A stretch of 64,000 bases of DNA from positions 41,602,001 through 41,666,000 of the forward strand of contig OX597831.1 in assembly GCA_951406725.2 (NCBI GenBank), read 5' to 3'. Each line of letters begins with the position of its first letter. The first letter of the stretch is position 1. The notes under the pieces were generated by a model, which was not told the DNA's origin, did not search any database, and was given only the letters and a program-made list of their open reading frames with translations. Source of the DNA: Octopus vulgaris (lineage: Eukaryota). A program made the translations under genes and the position numbers. Shown here piece after piece: positions 1 through 13,020 of the stretch.

Positions 1-378
1 GCTTCCGTGCCGGTGGTACGTAAAAAGCGCTATCCGAATCGTGGCCGATGCCAGCGTCGCCTCGACTGGCTTCCGTGCTGGTGGCACGTAAAAAGTACCA
101 TCCGAATTGTGGCCGATGCTAGTGCTGCCCCGACTGGCTTCCGTGCCGGTGGCATGTAAAATGCACCAATCCGATCGTCGCACCGGTGCAGGTGGCATGT
201 AAAAAGCACCCACTACACTCACGGAGTGGTTGGCGTTAGGAAGGGCATCCAGCTGTAGAAACACTGCCAGATCAGACTGGAGCCTGGTGCAGCCTTCTGG
301 CTTCCCAGATCCCCGGTCGAACCGTCCAACCCATGCTAGCATGGAGAACGGACGTTTTACGATGATGAGGATGATGAT
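1..378 (+). mobile_element. SINE-like element (family F here), 3' part with internal 68-bp tandem repeats and (GAT)n tail
   Basis: Unit gcttccgtgccggtggcacgtaaaaagc recurs at 1, 69 and 137. The body and tail (ggcgttaggaagggcatccagc...ggacgtt, gatgatg) recur at 7200-7446 (-), 13843-13905 and 61863-61980. Confidence 0.75.
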
Positions 379-1429
379 GATAACAAAGTTGACTAAATAT
401 CGTATAATATAATACCTAATTAACTTAAAATTTAATATTACAAATACTTAAGCCACCTAATAATAAAATAATATATTGTCTGACGAAATTAATTCTTAAA
501 TTAAATTAAATGTAATATGTTAGATCCCTTTATATATAAATATATATACTAAAAAAAAAAGAGAGATAAAAGAATTAATATATATCTTAACTTAATTTAT
601 CTATCAATAAATATAAAACGTTATAATAGCGAGAATAATATGTTAATGGAAAGTAAGAAAACCTATCAACCCCCAAAATTAAAGAAAGGTGCAAAAATAT
701 TAGAACCAAAGAACAATACACTATGAAGATGTACAATCACAATCACCAGTCCTCTACAAAACCAGTCAACAACAATAACAATAATAACAACGATCAAACT
801 CAAAATAATATCTAACTAATATTGATAAACAAACTAAATCACTAAGTTCAACGATTATGTTAATCTATCTGGATTTTAAACGTATTAATATGTTTTAGCG
901 TCTAATTAATATACTCAATATGATTCCATTCATAAATAATACCATCAAAATTTTAAATAGAACAAATATACTCAAATCCATTATATAAACTAGTTATATT
1001 AATATCCATGTATAATATCTATAGATTAAATATATCACACGATAAAAAAGTTAGACATAAACTTTATATTAAAATTAAAATTAGTTTATTTAAAAATATT
1101 ACTATTTAATGAAAATACTATCTAATTATTAAAAGAAATATAGTCTAACAATATTAATTCTTAAATTAATTAATATGTAAAACGTTAAAATCTTTTATAA
1201 CAATTAAAGGATAACATATTCAACATCGAGCGTAAAAAATCCTATCAAGAAACTATAAATAAATAATAATATTACAACAACAATAATAATATCAACAATA
1301 ATAATAATTTCAAACACACAACGATTCAAAATTCGAATGAAATAGAGAAACGATAAAAGGTCAAACTTAGCTTTGCGAAGTGAAAGAGTATATGTATATA
1401 TATGTATATGTATATACACATATACATAC

Positions 1430-1471
<42 letters not shown>

Positions 1472-1513
1472 GTATATTTATTAATTAATCATTTTATTGT
1501 TCTAGTTTATTTT

Positions 1514-1602
1514 TAACCTGATGAGTGACTATATCTATATCGAAGTGATTTCTCTACTACTATAATCATTTCTTACATATAGCCACGAAACACGTATCGT
1601 TA
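1514..1602 (+). ncRNA. Type I hammerhead ribozyme motif with long stem II
   Basis: Stem I taac/gtta; core CTGATGA at 1518; stem II gtgactatat/atatagccac; GAAA at 1587, then C-ACGT-ATC (one change from GAAAC-ACGT-GTC). Confidence 0.65.
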
Positions 1603-1700
1603 TTCTACCTATTATATACGTTTTTATTATTATTTTTTGCAATTTACATAATCATTGACATTTTATTGTTCATTTTGAATTGATAAAAGGTATCTTTTTC

Positions 1701-1754
<54 letters not shown>

Positions 1755-1764
1755 GTATATAATA

Positions 1765-2153
1765 GGTGCAGGTATAGCTGTGTGGTAAGAAGCTTGATTT
1801 CTAAGCACATGGTTCTGGGTTCAGTCCCATTGTGTGGCAACTTGGGCAAGTGTCTTCTGCTACAGCCTTGGGCTGACCAAAGCCTTGTGAGTGGATTTAG
1901 TAGATGGAAACTGAAAGAAGCCTGTCGTATACATGTATATGTCTGTGTGTCTGTGTTTGTCTCCCCACCAACGATTGATAATCAATGTTGGTGTGTTTAT
2001 GTCCCCATAACTTAGTGGTTTGGCAAAAAGATAACGATAGAATAAGAGCTAGGCTTACAAAGAAGAAGTCCTGGGGTTGATTTCTTTGACTAAAGGTGGT
2101 GCTTCAGCATGGACAAAGTCAAATGAATGAAACCAGTTAAAAGAATAAAAGAA
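1765..2153 (+). mobile_element. tRNA-derived CORE-type SINE (family A here)
   Basis: A-box-like tagctgtgtgg, B-box-like ggttcagtccc, CORE-like cttgggcaagtg, internal TA/TG tract, tail gactgaaac...aaaaga. About 20 copies or fragments in the window. Confidence 0.85.
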
Positions 2154-2175
2154 TATATATACATATATATGTGTG

Positions 2176-2222
<47 letters not shown>

Positions 2223-2239
2223 GTTCCCTAGCTGGACTT

Positions 2240-2402
2240 GATGCCAGTCCATCAACAGTGTTACTCATTTTTGTGAGTGGACTGCAGCAACGTGAAATGA
2301 AGTGTTTTGCTCAGGAACACAACCCATTGCCCGGTCCAGGAATCGAAACCACAATTTTACGATTATGATGCTGACACCCTAAACACTAAGCCACGTGCCT
2401 CC

Positions 2403-2404
<2 letters not shown>
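2240..2404 (-). mobile_element. tRNA-derived SINE (family E here), head related to family C
   Basis: Minus strand reads gtggaggcacgtggcttagtg...ggtttcgattcc (A/B boxes), then ttgtgttcctgagcaaaacacttcatttcac. Confidence 0.7.
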
Positions 2405-2960
<556 letters not shown>

Positions 2961-2973
2961 TAAATATGCATAT

Positions 2974-3316
2974 AGGTGTGGCTGAATCATATGGTTCTGG
3001 GTTCAGTCTCACTGTGTGGCCCCTTGAGCAAGTGTCAAGTGGATTTGGTAGATAAAAGCTGAAAGGAGCCCGTCGTATATATGTGTGTGTGTGTGCGCAT
3101 GTGTATGTGTTTATGTTTGTGTGTCTGTGTTTGTTTACCCACCATCCCTTGATAACTGATGTTAGTGTGTGTATGCCACTGTAAATTAGTGGTTCAGCAA
3201 AAGACATTGATAGAATAAGCACTAGGCTTACAAAGAATAAGTCCTGGAGTTGATTTGATCGATTAAAGGTGGTGCTCCAGCATGGCCAGAGTCAAATGAC
3301 TGAAACAAGTAAAAGA
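2974..3316 (+). mobile_element. Family A SINE, internally deleted
   Basis: Matches other family A copies with gaps in the head. Confidence 0.8.
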
Positions 3317-3374
3317 ATATATATATATACACACACACACATACATACATATTGTGCATACATACATACATACA

Positions 3375-3407
<33 letters not shown>

Positions 3408-3409
3408 GA

Positions 3410-3584
3410 TAGATTGGTAGCTACTACACACATTTTTTTTCTCTCCTTATTTCTTTCTGTGTTCCTTTCTGTGGAAGAGCGTAGGCTTGAAACGTAAAAG
3501 ACTTTTTCAATTCCCGAGTGTTATACTAATACATCTTTTTTTTTTCTACACCACCTGTCTCGTCTTTTTTTTTTTGTGAATTCT

Positions 3585-3587
<3 letters not shown>
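3410..3587 (+). mobile_element. Probable Penelope pLTR fragment with a decayed hammerhead-like motif
   Basis: ctttctgtggaagagcgtaggcttgaaacgtaaaaga resembles a minimal hammerhead but the core is non-canonical. The fragment ends at (TA)n. Confidence 0.4.
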
Positions 3588-3619
<32 letters not shown>

Positions 3620-3957
3620 CATACATATATACATACATACATATATACCTTAACCGGATGATGAAATGATGATGATATATATGTAGGAGCAAAATGCCAC
3701 CCCCCGTCCAATGGGTGGTGCTGATCATATCTGCTGAATTAAAAGCAATCAGTGTTTTCTTTACATTAAAAAATACTTAAGCATGCCTTTATTTCAATAA
3801 AATTTTTGGTTTTGTTAAACAAATTTAAGGCTAATAAAAAAAACATCTTGAGAAACCAAATAGTCTTTCCTTCCTTCATGCCAAGTTTGAAGAAAATATC
3901 TCTTTTGCATTTTACTTTTTTGGTCTCTTAATTATACTGCATTTTGTGGCATTATTA

Positions 3958-4237
3958 CAAGCCAGCCGGCTTTTCATGCACAAACTGCACGTGCATTTTT
4001 CTCACATATGCGTAGTATCGATCGCAACAGCTGATGTACTTGTGCATGCAAATGCACGTTCCCACGGCTTTATCGATCGCATTCTCACCTGGAATCGATT
4101 TTTGTAATTTTTACAAGACTTATACACGCAGTGATACTGTCGGTATCTACATATCAAATTTGAGCGCAATCGGATGGAGGATGCCCGAGATCCTAGAAAA
4201 CACACACATAGACAGACAACGGATTTTATGTAATAGA
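3958..4237 (-). mobile_element. Non-autonomous Helitron-like element
   Basis: Minus strand starts a|TCtattacataaaatccgttgtctgtct...ccgattgcgctcaaatttg, resembling the 5' end of the 49630 element. The 3' end cttg|t is a degenerate CTRR. Confidence 0.5.
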
Positions 4238-4418
4238 TATGCATACACACACACACATACACACACAGATCATACTCACATACGCATATACAATGTACAC
4301 ATTCAAATACACATACATCCAAACTCCCAGGGTGTATAATGTACCCCAGCTTTGGTGTCTGAGTGTTATATCAGTTTTTTTTTTCAATCTGTTAAACAAA
4401 AGAAAACAATAACTTTAC

Positions 4419-4473
4419 CTGTCAAGACAACCCAGGCCCATCCACGGTCCACAGGCCTCCTATCCGTAGGCAT
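4419..4473 (-). CDS. N-terminal coding exon of an SLC16 / monocarboxylate transporter (MFS) gene; the rest probably lies left of the window
   Basis: Translates MPTDRRPVDRGWAWVVLT, matching the SLC16 pre-TM1 D[G/R]GW[G/A]WV motif. Phase-1 donor CAG|GTAAAG follows 4419. A poly-T acceptor (catTAG) places the exon start at 4600. Confidence 0.75.
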
Positions 4474-4708
4474 TGTGCCTTTGTCACAATTATTCACCAC
4501 ACCTTTTTATTGCCGCTAAGCCACTCTGTTGCAGTTTGTTGATAGTTTTCCTTTGTGTCTCACCTTTGTACTCTCCACCAGTATTTTGGGGTTCTATTTG
4601 CTAATGTATACAAAAATAAAAAAAAAAAGGAAATTTATTCAGAAACTCATAAGAATCATTAAGAATGAGGTTAAATGGTATGTGACTGATAAGTCATTAT
4701 GATCATCA

Positions 4709-4748
<40 letters not shown>

Positions 4749-5119
4749 TATGTAAATCCCTTACACTTCATGTATGTCCTCCTTATCTCCCATTTCATCT
4801 AGCTCCCTGATATCAATTAAAAGAAATCATCACCACCACCACCAACACCACCATCATTGTCATTGTTGTCGTTGTTGTCATCATCATCATCACCGACCTT
4901 CCTGTATCAGGAGGGCCACATCTCTATCTTCTTCCCTGCCACTTTTTTTTTATTTAAAAACCTTTATGCTATGCTGACGTCCCTTCTTTTTCAGTGTATA
5001 CTGTGTATACTTACTTTATTTCTTTTTGTTTCATCAATTCATTATATGTAAACCCTATCACTTTATGTCTATTTTGTATTGTCCCCATCATCCTTCACCC
5101 TTGTGGAAAATAAATGGTA

Positions 5120-5192
<73 letters not shown>

Positions 5193-5200
5193 CATTATTA

Positions 5201-5256
<56 letters not shown>

Positions 5257-5292
5257 GTTGTTGTTGTTGTTGTTGTTGTTGTTATTATTATT
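5120..5292. repeat. (TAT)n/(TGT)n microsatellite
   Basis: Seen directly. Confidence 0.95.
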
Positions 5293-5419
5293 AAATTCTG
5301 CCGAGGTTGACTTTGCCTTTCATCCTTTTGGGATCACAACAATAAATACCAGTCAAGTATTGGGGTGGATGAAATCAACTAGTCACCCCTAACCCCAAAT
5401 TCTGCTTATAATAGAAAGG

Positions 5420-5470
<51 letters not shown>

Positions 5471-5471
5471 G

Positions 5472-5762
5472 CCAACAAAATGACACTAGGATAAAATATA
5501 TGAAGTCCAGTACACCCATTATGACTACTTGTCTGATAAGGGTACATGAGGCACATGCATCACAACGATATGTGTAAGATGTGGTCATCTCATATCAAGA
5601 TAAACAGTGTATGACCTTGCAGGTGGGGTCCAATTAGAATTTTCTTCAAGTCAAGTAGCCCATCTCGCTCAAAAGATCCCTGAATGAGGGTTGTTTAAAG
5701 ATGTTAAATGAAACACCAATGCTTCTAGAGGTGAATTATCAAAACCCCAAAGAATTCCTCTC
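5472..5762 (-). mobile_element. Family D non-coding element, 3' part, next to an (ATT)n tract
   Basis: Reverse complement of 15445-15720. Confidence 0.75.
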
Positions 5763-5779
5763 TGTCATTATTAAATGTT

Positions 5780-5918
5780 GCTAAGGTTGGCTCAGCCTTT
5801 CATCCTTCCAGTGTTGATAAAGTAAGTACCAGCAAAACGCTAGTGGTGGTGGGGTCGATGTAATCAACTAGTCCCCTTCCCCCAAATTTCAGGCCTTGTG
5901 CCTTTAGGAGAAAGAATT
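5780..5918 (+). mobile_element. Family B SINE, 3' part
   Basis: gcctttcatcc...ggggtcgatgtaatc...caggccttgtgcc, ATT tail. A similar fragment lies at 5293-5420. Confidence 0.7.
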
Positions 5919-5954
5919 ATTATTACTATTTATCCTATATATTCCACAGTAGTA

Positions 5955-6102
5955 GGCGTAGGAGTGGCTGTGTGGTAAGTAGCTTGCTTACCAACCACAT
6001 GTGGCACCTTGGGCAAGTGTCTTCTACTATAGCCTCAGGTTAACCAAAGTCTTGTGAGTGGATTTGGTAGATGGAAACTGAAAGAAGCCCATTGTATATA
6101 TG

Positions 6103-6144
<42 letters not shown>

Positions 6145-6330
6145 TCCCCCCTAACATCGATTGACAACCGATGCTGGTGTGTTTACATCCCTGTAACCTA
6201 GCAGTTCGGCAAAAGAGTCCAATAGAATAAGTACAAGGCTTACAAAGAATAAGTCCTGGGGTCCATTTGCTCGACTAAAGGCGGTGCTCCAACATGGCCA
6301 CAGTCAAATGACTGAAACAAGTAAAAGAGT
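5955..6330 (+). mobile_element. Family A SINE
   Basis: Matches the family A consensus, with a short deletion over the B box. Confidence 0.85.
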
Positions 6331-6999
6331 ATTATCTGAATATTCACTGTACCGCTAGTTGGAATATTAATGGTACTTCCTAGTTCCTGATCTCTTCACA
6401 GTGTTGGGTTTCTATGGGTGTAGAATTATTCTGCCAGTTTGTTAAAATTTGGTTTTGCTTATATATTTTTCCTGTTGTTGTGGTTTCTAGTATATCATTT
6501 CAGTATATTTCTTTGTTCTGTACTCCATCTAGACACATATCCAAACACATACGCTTGCACACATACACTCATACAAACACACATCACACACGCACGGCAT
6601 GTGTGTATACAAGTGTGAGTTGTTGAGCTATATATTTTGGCAAGGTGGTGGTGGTAGTGGTTATAGTAGTGGTGATGGTGGTTGTAGTGTTGGTGGTGGT
6701 GGTGGTGATTGGGTTTCATTTGTAGAATTTGTTTGGTTGGTGCTATGTACTTCAGAGTTGGGGGTGGGGCTGATTGAGGAGGGAATGTATTGTGTGGGTT
6801 GTGCTACATCATTTGGTGAATGACATATTAGTATTATCATGGTGGATCTTGGCAAAGACATCTGGGTACATCACTATTATTATTAATTATTATTGTTATT
6901 GTTATTATTTCTATTTTTTAAAATCCATTGTGCTTGTGAAAATAAAAGACAGCATAATTATTGTTGTTGTTTGGGTTACTGTTATTATTATTATCATCA

Positions 7000-7069
<70 letters not shown>

Positions 7070-7135
7070 CATTATTATTATTATTATTAATAAGCAATTC
7101 ACCCAGCATGCTAACAATTCTGTCAGCTTGCCACC

Positions 7136-7198
<63 letters not shown>

Positions 7199-7199
7199 T

Positions 7200-7446
7200 T
7201 CATCATCATCATCATCATCATCATCATTATCATCATCGTTTAATGTCTGCTTTCCATGCTGGAATGGGTTGGAAGGTTTGACTGAGGACTGGCGAGCCAA
7301 ATGGCTGCACCAAGCTCCAATCTGATCTGGCAGAGTTTCTACAGTTGGATGCTCTTCCTAACACCAATCCCTCCGAGAGTGTAGTGGGTGCTTTTATGTG
7401 CCACTGGCATGAGGGCCAGTCAGGCGGTACCAACAACAGCCACGCT
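7200..7446 (-). mobile_element. Family F SINE-like element
   Basis: Reverse complement of the body and tail of 1-378, with a (CAT)n tail. Confidence 0.75.
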
Positions 7447-7466
7447 TAATAATAATGATAATAATG

Positions 7467-7500
<34 letters not shown>

Positions 7501-7509
7501 TGATGATAA

Positions 7510-7722
7510 TTTCTACTATAGGCACAAGGCCCGAAATGTTTTGGGGGAGGTGGCCAGTTGATTAGACTGACCCGAGAACACAACTGGTACTTAATTTATC
7601 GACTCTGAAAGGATGAAAGGCAAAGGCAACCTCAGCAGAATTTGAACTCAGAATGTAAAGACAGGAGAAATACTGCTAAGCATTGTACCTAGCATGCTAA
7701 CAATTCTGCCATCTTGCCACCT
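7510..7722 (-). mobile_element. Family B tRNA-derived SINE
   Basis: Head ggtggcaagatggcagaattgttagc, B box gagttcaaattc. Confidence 0.8.
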
Positions 7723-7723
7723 A

Positions 7724-7758
<35 letters not shown>

Positions 7759-7811
7759 CAACAACAAAAAATGAAAATGGAGGTAAATTCTATCACATAT
7801 TTTGAAGGAAA

Positions 7812-8490
7812 TTACCAAGGAGCTTCTGGGTAAACAACATTCTTTGTTTTCTGGTTTGGAGCATAGACAACTAAGTCTTACAAACTACCAACCCCGGAGC
7901 AACCAACATAAAGCTGATCATGAGAAAAGCAAGTCACGAAATTTCAAAGTCTGACCTTGAGCTTTATTAATAGACATTGCGAAGCAAAGTTGCACTGGGA
8001 ATTGTGTTTGTTTGAACACAAATGACATGTCTGTTGGTTTGATTAAAATTCTTGGAATGAAAATCTTTTCCCCAGAGGCACATCCAGTGATGATGGTAGC
8101 CTCTTCCACATTAGGTGTTAATGTCTTCACAATTAGCCTTGATCCATTGCATTATTTGGGAGAATCTAAATTTCTTAGAAGCATTATTGGGATTCCTACC
8201 TACAGAAAAAGTTTATGTGGAGCAGTTCCAGGTGGCTCAAGAGAATTAAGGAACTGTTGTGTAATGGACAGCTTGATTTTCATCAAGGACTGAATCAACT
8301 GATTTGTACTTCTTAATATGAATGTTGAAATCTTATTCATTAATTTGTGGTTTAGCCTTGCTATTGTCTCATTTTTTTGAGCAAGAATTGCCCTTTCTCA
8401 CAGCAATTTATGTGAATTATAATTATTACTCAAGTCTGGAAATACCTTATTCTTCAATTCAGGTGGGGTATTCAGCATGATAGCTATATG
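7812..8490 (-). pseudogene. Decayed Helitron RepHel PIF1 helicase C-terminus
   Basis: GEKIFIPRI...QFPVQLCFAMSINKAQGQTL...FSHDQLYVGCS...TKNVVYPEA across frameshifts. Confidence 0.9.
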
Positions 8491-8513
8491 ACTCAAATCG
8501 ATACCTCACAATT

Positions 8514-8551
<38 letters not shown>

Positions 8552-8553
8552 AT

Positions 8554-8723
8554 AGGCGTAGGAGTGGCCGTGTGGTAAGTAGCTTGTTTAACAACCACAT
8601 GGTTCCGTGTTCAGTCCCACTGCGTCGCACCTTGGGCAAGTGTCTTCCACTATAGCCTCGGGACGACCAAAGCCTTGTGAGTTGATTGGGTAGATGGAAA
8701 CTCAAAGAAGCCCGTCGTGTATA

Positions 8724-8773
<50 letters not shown>

Positions 8774-8985
8774 CGTGTATGTTTGTGTGTCTGTGTTTGT
8801 CCTGCCGTCATTGCCTGACAACTGATGCTGGTGTGTTTACATCCCCATAACTTAGCAGTTTGTCGAAAGAGACCGATAGAGTAAGTACTAGGCTTATAAA
8901 GAATAAGTCCTGGGGTCGATTTGCTCAACTAAAAGGTGGTGCTCCAGCATGGCCACAGTCAAATGACTGAAACAAGTAAAAGAGT
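8554..8985 (+). mobile_element. Family A SINE, full length
   Basis: Complete head, core, TG tract and tail. Confidence 0.9.
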
Positions 8986-9010
8986 ATATATATATATATA
9001 TATAGATATA

Positions 9011-9050
<40 letters not shown>

Positions 9051-9125
9051 TAGATAGATAGGTAAGCAAATAGATAGATAGGCAGAAAGAAAGATAGATA
9101 GACAGATAGATAGATAGATAGATGG

Positions 9126-9157
<32 letters not shown>

Positions 9158-9189
9158 ACACATGGATAGATATACAGATAGATAGATAT

Positions 9190-9240
<51 letters not shown>

Positions 9241-9641
9241 TAAAAGGATGATTTGCATATTCTTTACAGATTTCGTCAGACTCAAACACATGTATGATAG
9301 CTGTTGCTCTGTATGTCACAGAAGAACAACTCCTTTTTATGACAACAATGTGTTCATAACACATTCAACTCATTGATGCCAGGGATTCTGGGCACTGGTA
9401 TTTAGGCATTCTGTGTCATGGCATCTAGAAGTGCCTGAACCATTAAGCTTAAATATGTCAGTGTATTACTTTATAATTTCTGCAGTGCCGGGTTCTGCGA
9501 ACTGATAAAAGAAATTTAGAACAGATATAAATATGCTTATCTTCACTTCTTATCTCATTTTACACAACACAGATAATGATTTGTTTATTTGTTTTATACA
9601 CACACACACACACACTACACACATGTACACACACATATGTA

Positions 9642-10207
9642 TTGGGTTGTCCGGAAAGTTTGTGCCAATTTTTAAAGGAAAGAAAAAGGGCAATAACTAC
9701 TTGCAATTACATATTTAATCAACCAAATATGAACCATTTTGTTGCACAGTGCATCTCCATCTTTCCTTTAACTTGAAAATACCCTCTTCCCAGAATTGAG
9801 GTGGTTTCATGGCAAAGAATTCATCAAGGTATCTTTTTACATCATCCAAGGAATTGAAATTTTTACCATTAAGACTATTCTGCAGAGACCTGAATAAGTG
9901 GAAATCCGAAGGAGCAATATCTGGTGAATATGGAGGGTGGGGTAACACATCCCAGCCAAGCTGCAGCAATTTTTGTCTGGTTCCCAAAGCATCAAGTGCC
10001 AAAAATGAACTTTCTTATCTTCCATTTTAAAGGGTTACAGAATTAACACAGGCTATAGGAACATAAACCTTCTTCCACGAAAAGATAGCTTAAACTGTGC
10101 TCTAAATGGAGGTGTAGCCAAATCCAATTTTATGAACTCAACCATGTTCTAAAATAAATCGAAAGGTAAGCTACTATAAATTGGCACAAACTTTCCGGAC
10201 AACCCAA
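9642..10207 (-). mobile_element. Internally deleted mariner transposon
   Basis: TIRs ttgggttgtccggaaagtttgtgccaattt and aaattggcacaaactttccggacaacccaa, with TA on both sides. N-terminus MEDKKVHFWHLML is joined to C-terminus HPPYSPDIAPSDFHLF...QQNGSYLVD. Confidence 0.95.
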
Positions 10208-10427
10208 TATATATATATAACCTGGTTTATAATTGCTAAGGGTAAAGAACATAGAGGACGGTGCAACAAATGTGAGCTCTGCAAAACTAAAAAGTTAAAT
10301 CTCTTAAGGTGGTGCCCCAGCATGGCCACAGTCAAATGACTGGAACATGTAAAAGAATAAAAAGAATCATTCAATCAAGAGCCAATCAAAAGCTACCAGT
10401 AGCTGTGTGGCAAGAAGCCATAGGCAA

Positions 10428-10585
10428 CAAGAGTGGCTGTGTAGTAAGTAGCTTGCTTACCAACCACATCGTTCCAGGTTCAGTCCCACTGCGGGGCACC
10501 TTGGTCAAGTGTCTTCTACTATAGCTTCGGGTCAACCAAAGCCTTGTTAGTGGATTTGGTAGACGGAAACTGAAAAAGGCCCGTC

Positions 10586-10619
<34 letters not shown>

Positions 10620-11200
10620 AAATAAGCAACAAGGATATCCAAAGGTAGTGTAGTACAATCGTTTCATGCTACTTCATTTAATTAAACAATGTAAGTATTA
10701 CCTCAGTTTAAAAATGTAGAGCACTCTTCAGCCACATATGGAATTTTTTAATTAAATTGACAATGTTCATTTTTATACTTATTCCATTTGCCAACATTAC
10801 AAAGAGGGTAGATATATAGACAGAGAGGTGAATTTCATAAGTAAGAACATGGTAGTAGAAGATCTTTCTTCATGGGTAGACTTTTTATCACTGAGTTCAC
10901 ATTGTTATTTAGATTTACCAATGGGGAGGGCTTTTTTTATTAAGTTCAGTGGAACACATATATATATGTGTGTGTGTGTGTGTGTGTATGTATATGTTTG
11001 TGTGTCTGTGTTTGTCCCCCCCAACATCGCTTGACAACCGATACTGGTGTGTTTACGTCCCCGTCACTTAGTGGTTCAGCAAGAGAGACTGATAGAATAA
11101 GTACTTGGCTTACAAAGAATAAGTCCTGGGGTCGATTTGCTCGACTAAAGGTGGTGTTGCAGCATAGCCACAGTCAAATGACTGAAACAAATTAAAGAAT
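10428..11200 (+). mobile_element. Family A SINE split by an insertion in its TA tract
   Basis: Head 10428-10590, tail about 10965-11200, foreign sequence 10618-10955. Confidence 0.8.
10649..10736 (-). ncRNA. Type I hammerhead ribozyme motif with long stem II
   Basis: Minus strand: tgtgg CTGAAGA gtgct...agcat GAAAC gatt GTA ctaca. Stem I is tgtgg/ctaca. Confidence 0.7.
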
Positions 11201-11457
11201 ATCAGGGGTGAAATCTTCTGTTCCTGTTTGCATAAAAAATATTTTACACTCTGATATTTCTATAACTCCCAAAATTTTACAAACTTAACATTAAAAATGT
11301 GTAAAAATATATGTAAAAATGTGAAAAATACATGAAATTCTTCAAAATGTGTGTGAAAAAATGTAAGATACGTGAACGTCCACAATGACATATTATGTAT
11401 CCAAAATATTTACACAGATATGTGTACATAGATGCATATTGTGAGTATGTACATATA

Positions 11458-11622
11458 GGCGTAGGAGTGGCCGTGTGGTAAGTAGCTTGCTTACCAACCA
11501 CATGGTTCCGGGTTCAGTCCCACATCGTGGTACCTTGGGCAAGTATCTTCTACTATAGTCTCGGGTTGACCAAATCCTTGTGAGTGAATTTGGTAGACGG
11601 AAACTGAAAGAAGCCCATCATA

Positions 11623-11673
<51 letters not shown>

Positions 11674-11895
11674 ATATTTGTGTGTGTGTATATGTTTGTG
11701 TATCTGTGTTTGTCCCTCCAACATCGCTTGACAACCGATGCTGGTGTGTTTACGTCCCCATAACTTAGTAGTTCGGCAAAAGAGACTGATAGAATAAGTA
11801 CTAGGCTTGCAAAAAATAAGTCCTGGGGTCGATTTGGTCGACTAAAGGTGGTGCTCCAGCATAGCCAAAGTCACATGACTGAAACAAATAAAAGT
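11458..11895 (+). mobile_element. Family A SINE, full length
   Basis: Complete match to the family. Confidence 0.9.
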
Positions 11896-11990
11896 ATATA
11901 TGTACATATATATAAATGCGCGCGCGTATGTGCATGCATGAATATATCTTTACTTGTCCCCTTGTGGGAGTAAAAAAAAAATCGCCTTCA

Positions 11991-12491
11991 TCTTTATATA
12001 TAAAAGAGAGGTTGTGTGTCTGTCTCCTACGATTTAGATTCCTAACTACTCCCACATTTTGCGCTGCAGTTTAACCAAAACCGGGTATCTTATAGTCGTG
12101 ATTCATATCGAGCCCTTCTGGGTATTAGCGCGCGTCTACGATGAGTCTACGATTTAAAAAAAATTTACCATAATTTTTTTCCATTTTAATGCATTTTTTC
12201 GCTATTATATAAGGGAAGTAACTCTCTAAAAATGTCTACGAGGAGTCAACGATTTAAAAAAAAATTTACCATAATTTTTTTCCATTTTAATGCATTTTTT
12301 CGCTATTATATAAGGGAAGTAACTCTTTAAAAATGTCTACGATGAGTCAACGATTTAAAAAAAAAAATTACCATAATTTTTTTTCTCCATTTCTGATGCA
12401 TTTTTTTGCTATTTTTTAGCTATAACTCTCTAAAAATGCTTATATAGTTATTTCCCTTACAAATCCGAGCAACGCCGGGCGATACTGCTAG
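11991..12491 (+). mobile_element. Non-autonomous Helitron
   Basis: A|TCtttatatataaaag start; subterminal hairpin ccgagcaacgccggg; CTAG|T end; about three internal ~100-bp tandem repeats. Confidence 0.85.
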
Positions 12492-13020
12492 TAAACTTAT
12501 AAAATATTTACAAATTCGTAATATAAGCAATCATAACAATACTGTAATTTTTTTACATCAAAACATGAGATAAACATTTGTCAACGAGGAGGAGCACATA
12601 CATATATATGAACTATTAAATGCACAAATTTTAAAATTTTAATGCAGGTATGTGTATGTATTTGTATAAGCGAGAAAAATTATAAGAAACTGAATTTTTT
12701 CTGGAATTCAAATGCAAGGGAGATAATCAAGCAAGAGTTGTTCTGCCTGATGTCTTGTTTTTGTTTACCCAAAAATTTTGTGTGATTTTTTTTTGTTGGA
12801 ATTTTACGTGACTTTTCCTGTTGTGATCGAAAATGGAGATGAACACAGTTGTTCTATGTAACAAACTTGATAATTGTTAAGGGCTTCCTTATCATGAAAC
12901 CAATGGTAGTCTTAATCCACAAATAAAGAACTTTTATCCACCAATGTGGTGCTGAGCACTCATTCTTATTGTTCAATATTCACATACTTACACACATATA
13001 TGTATACATACATATACATA

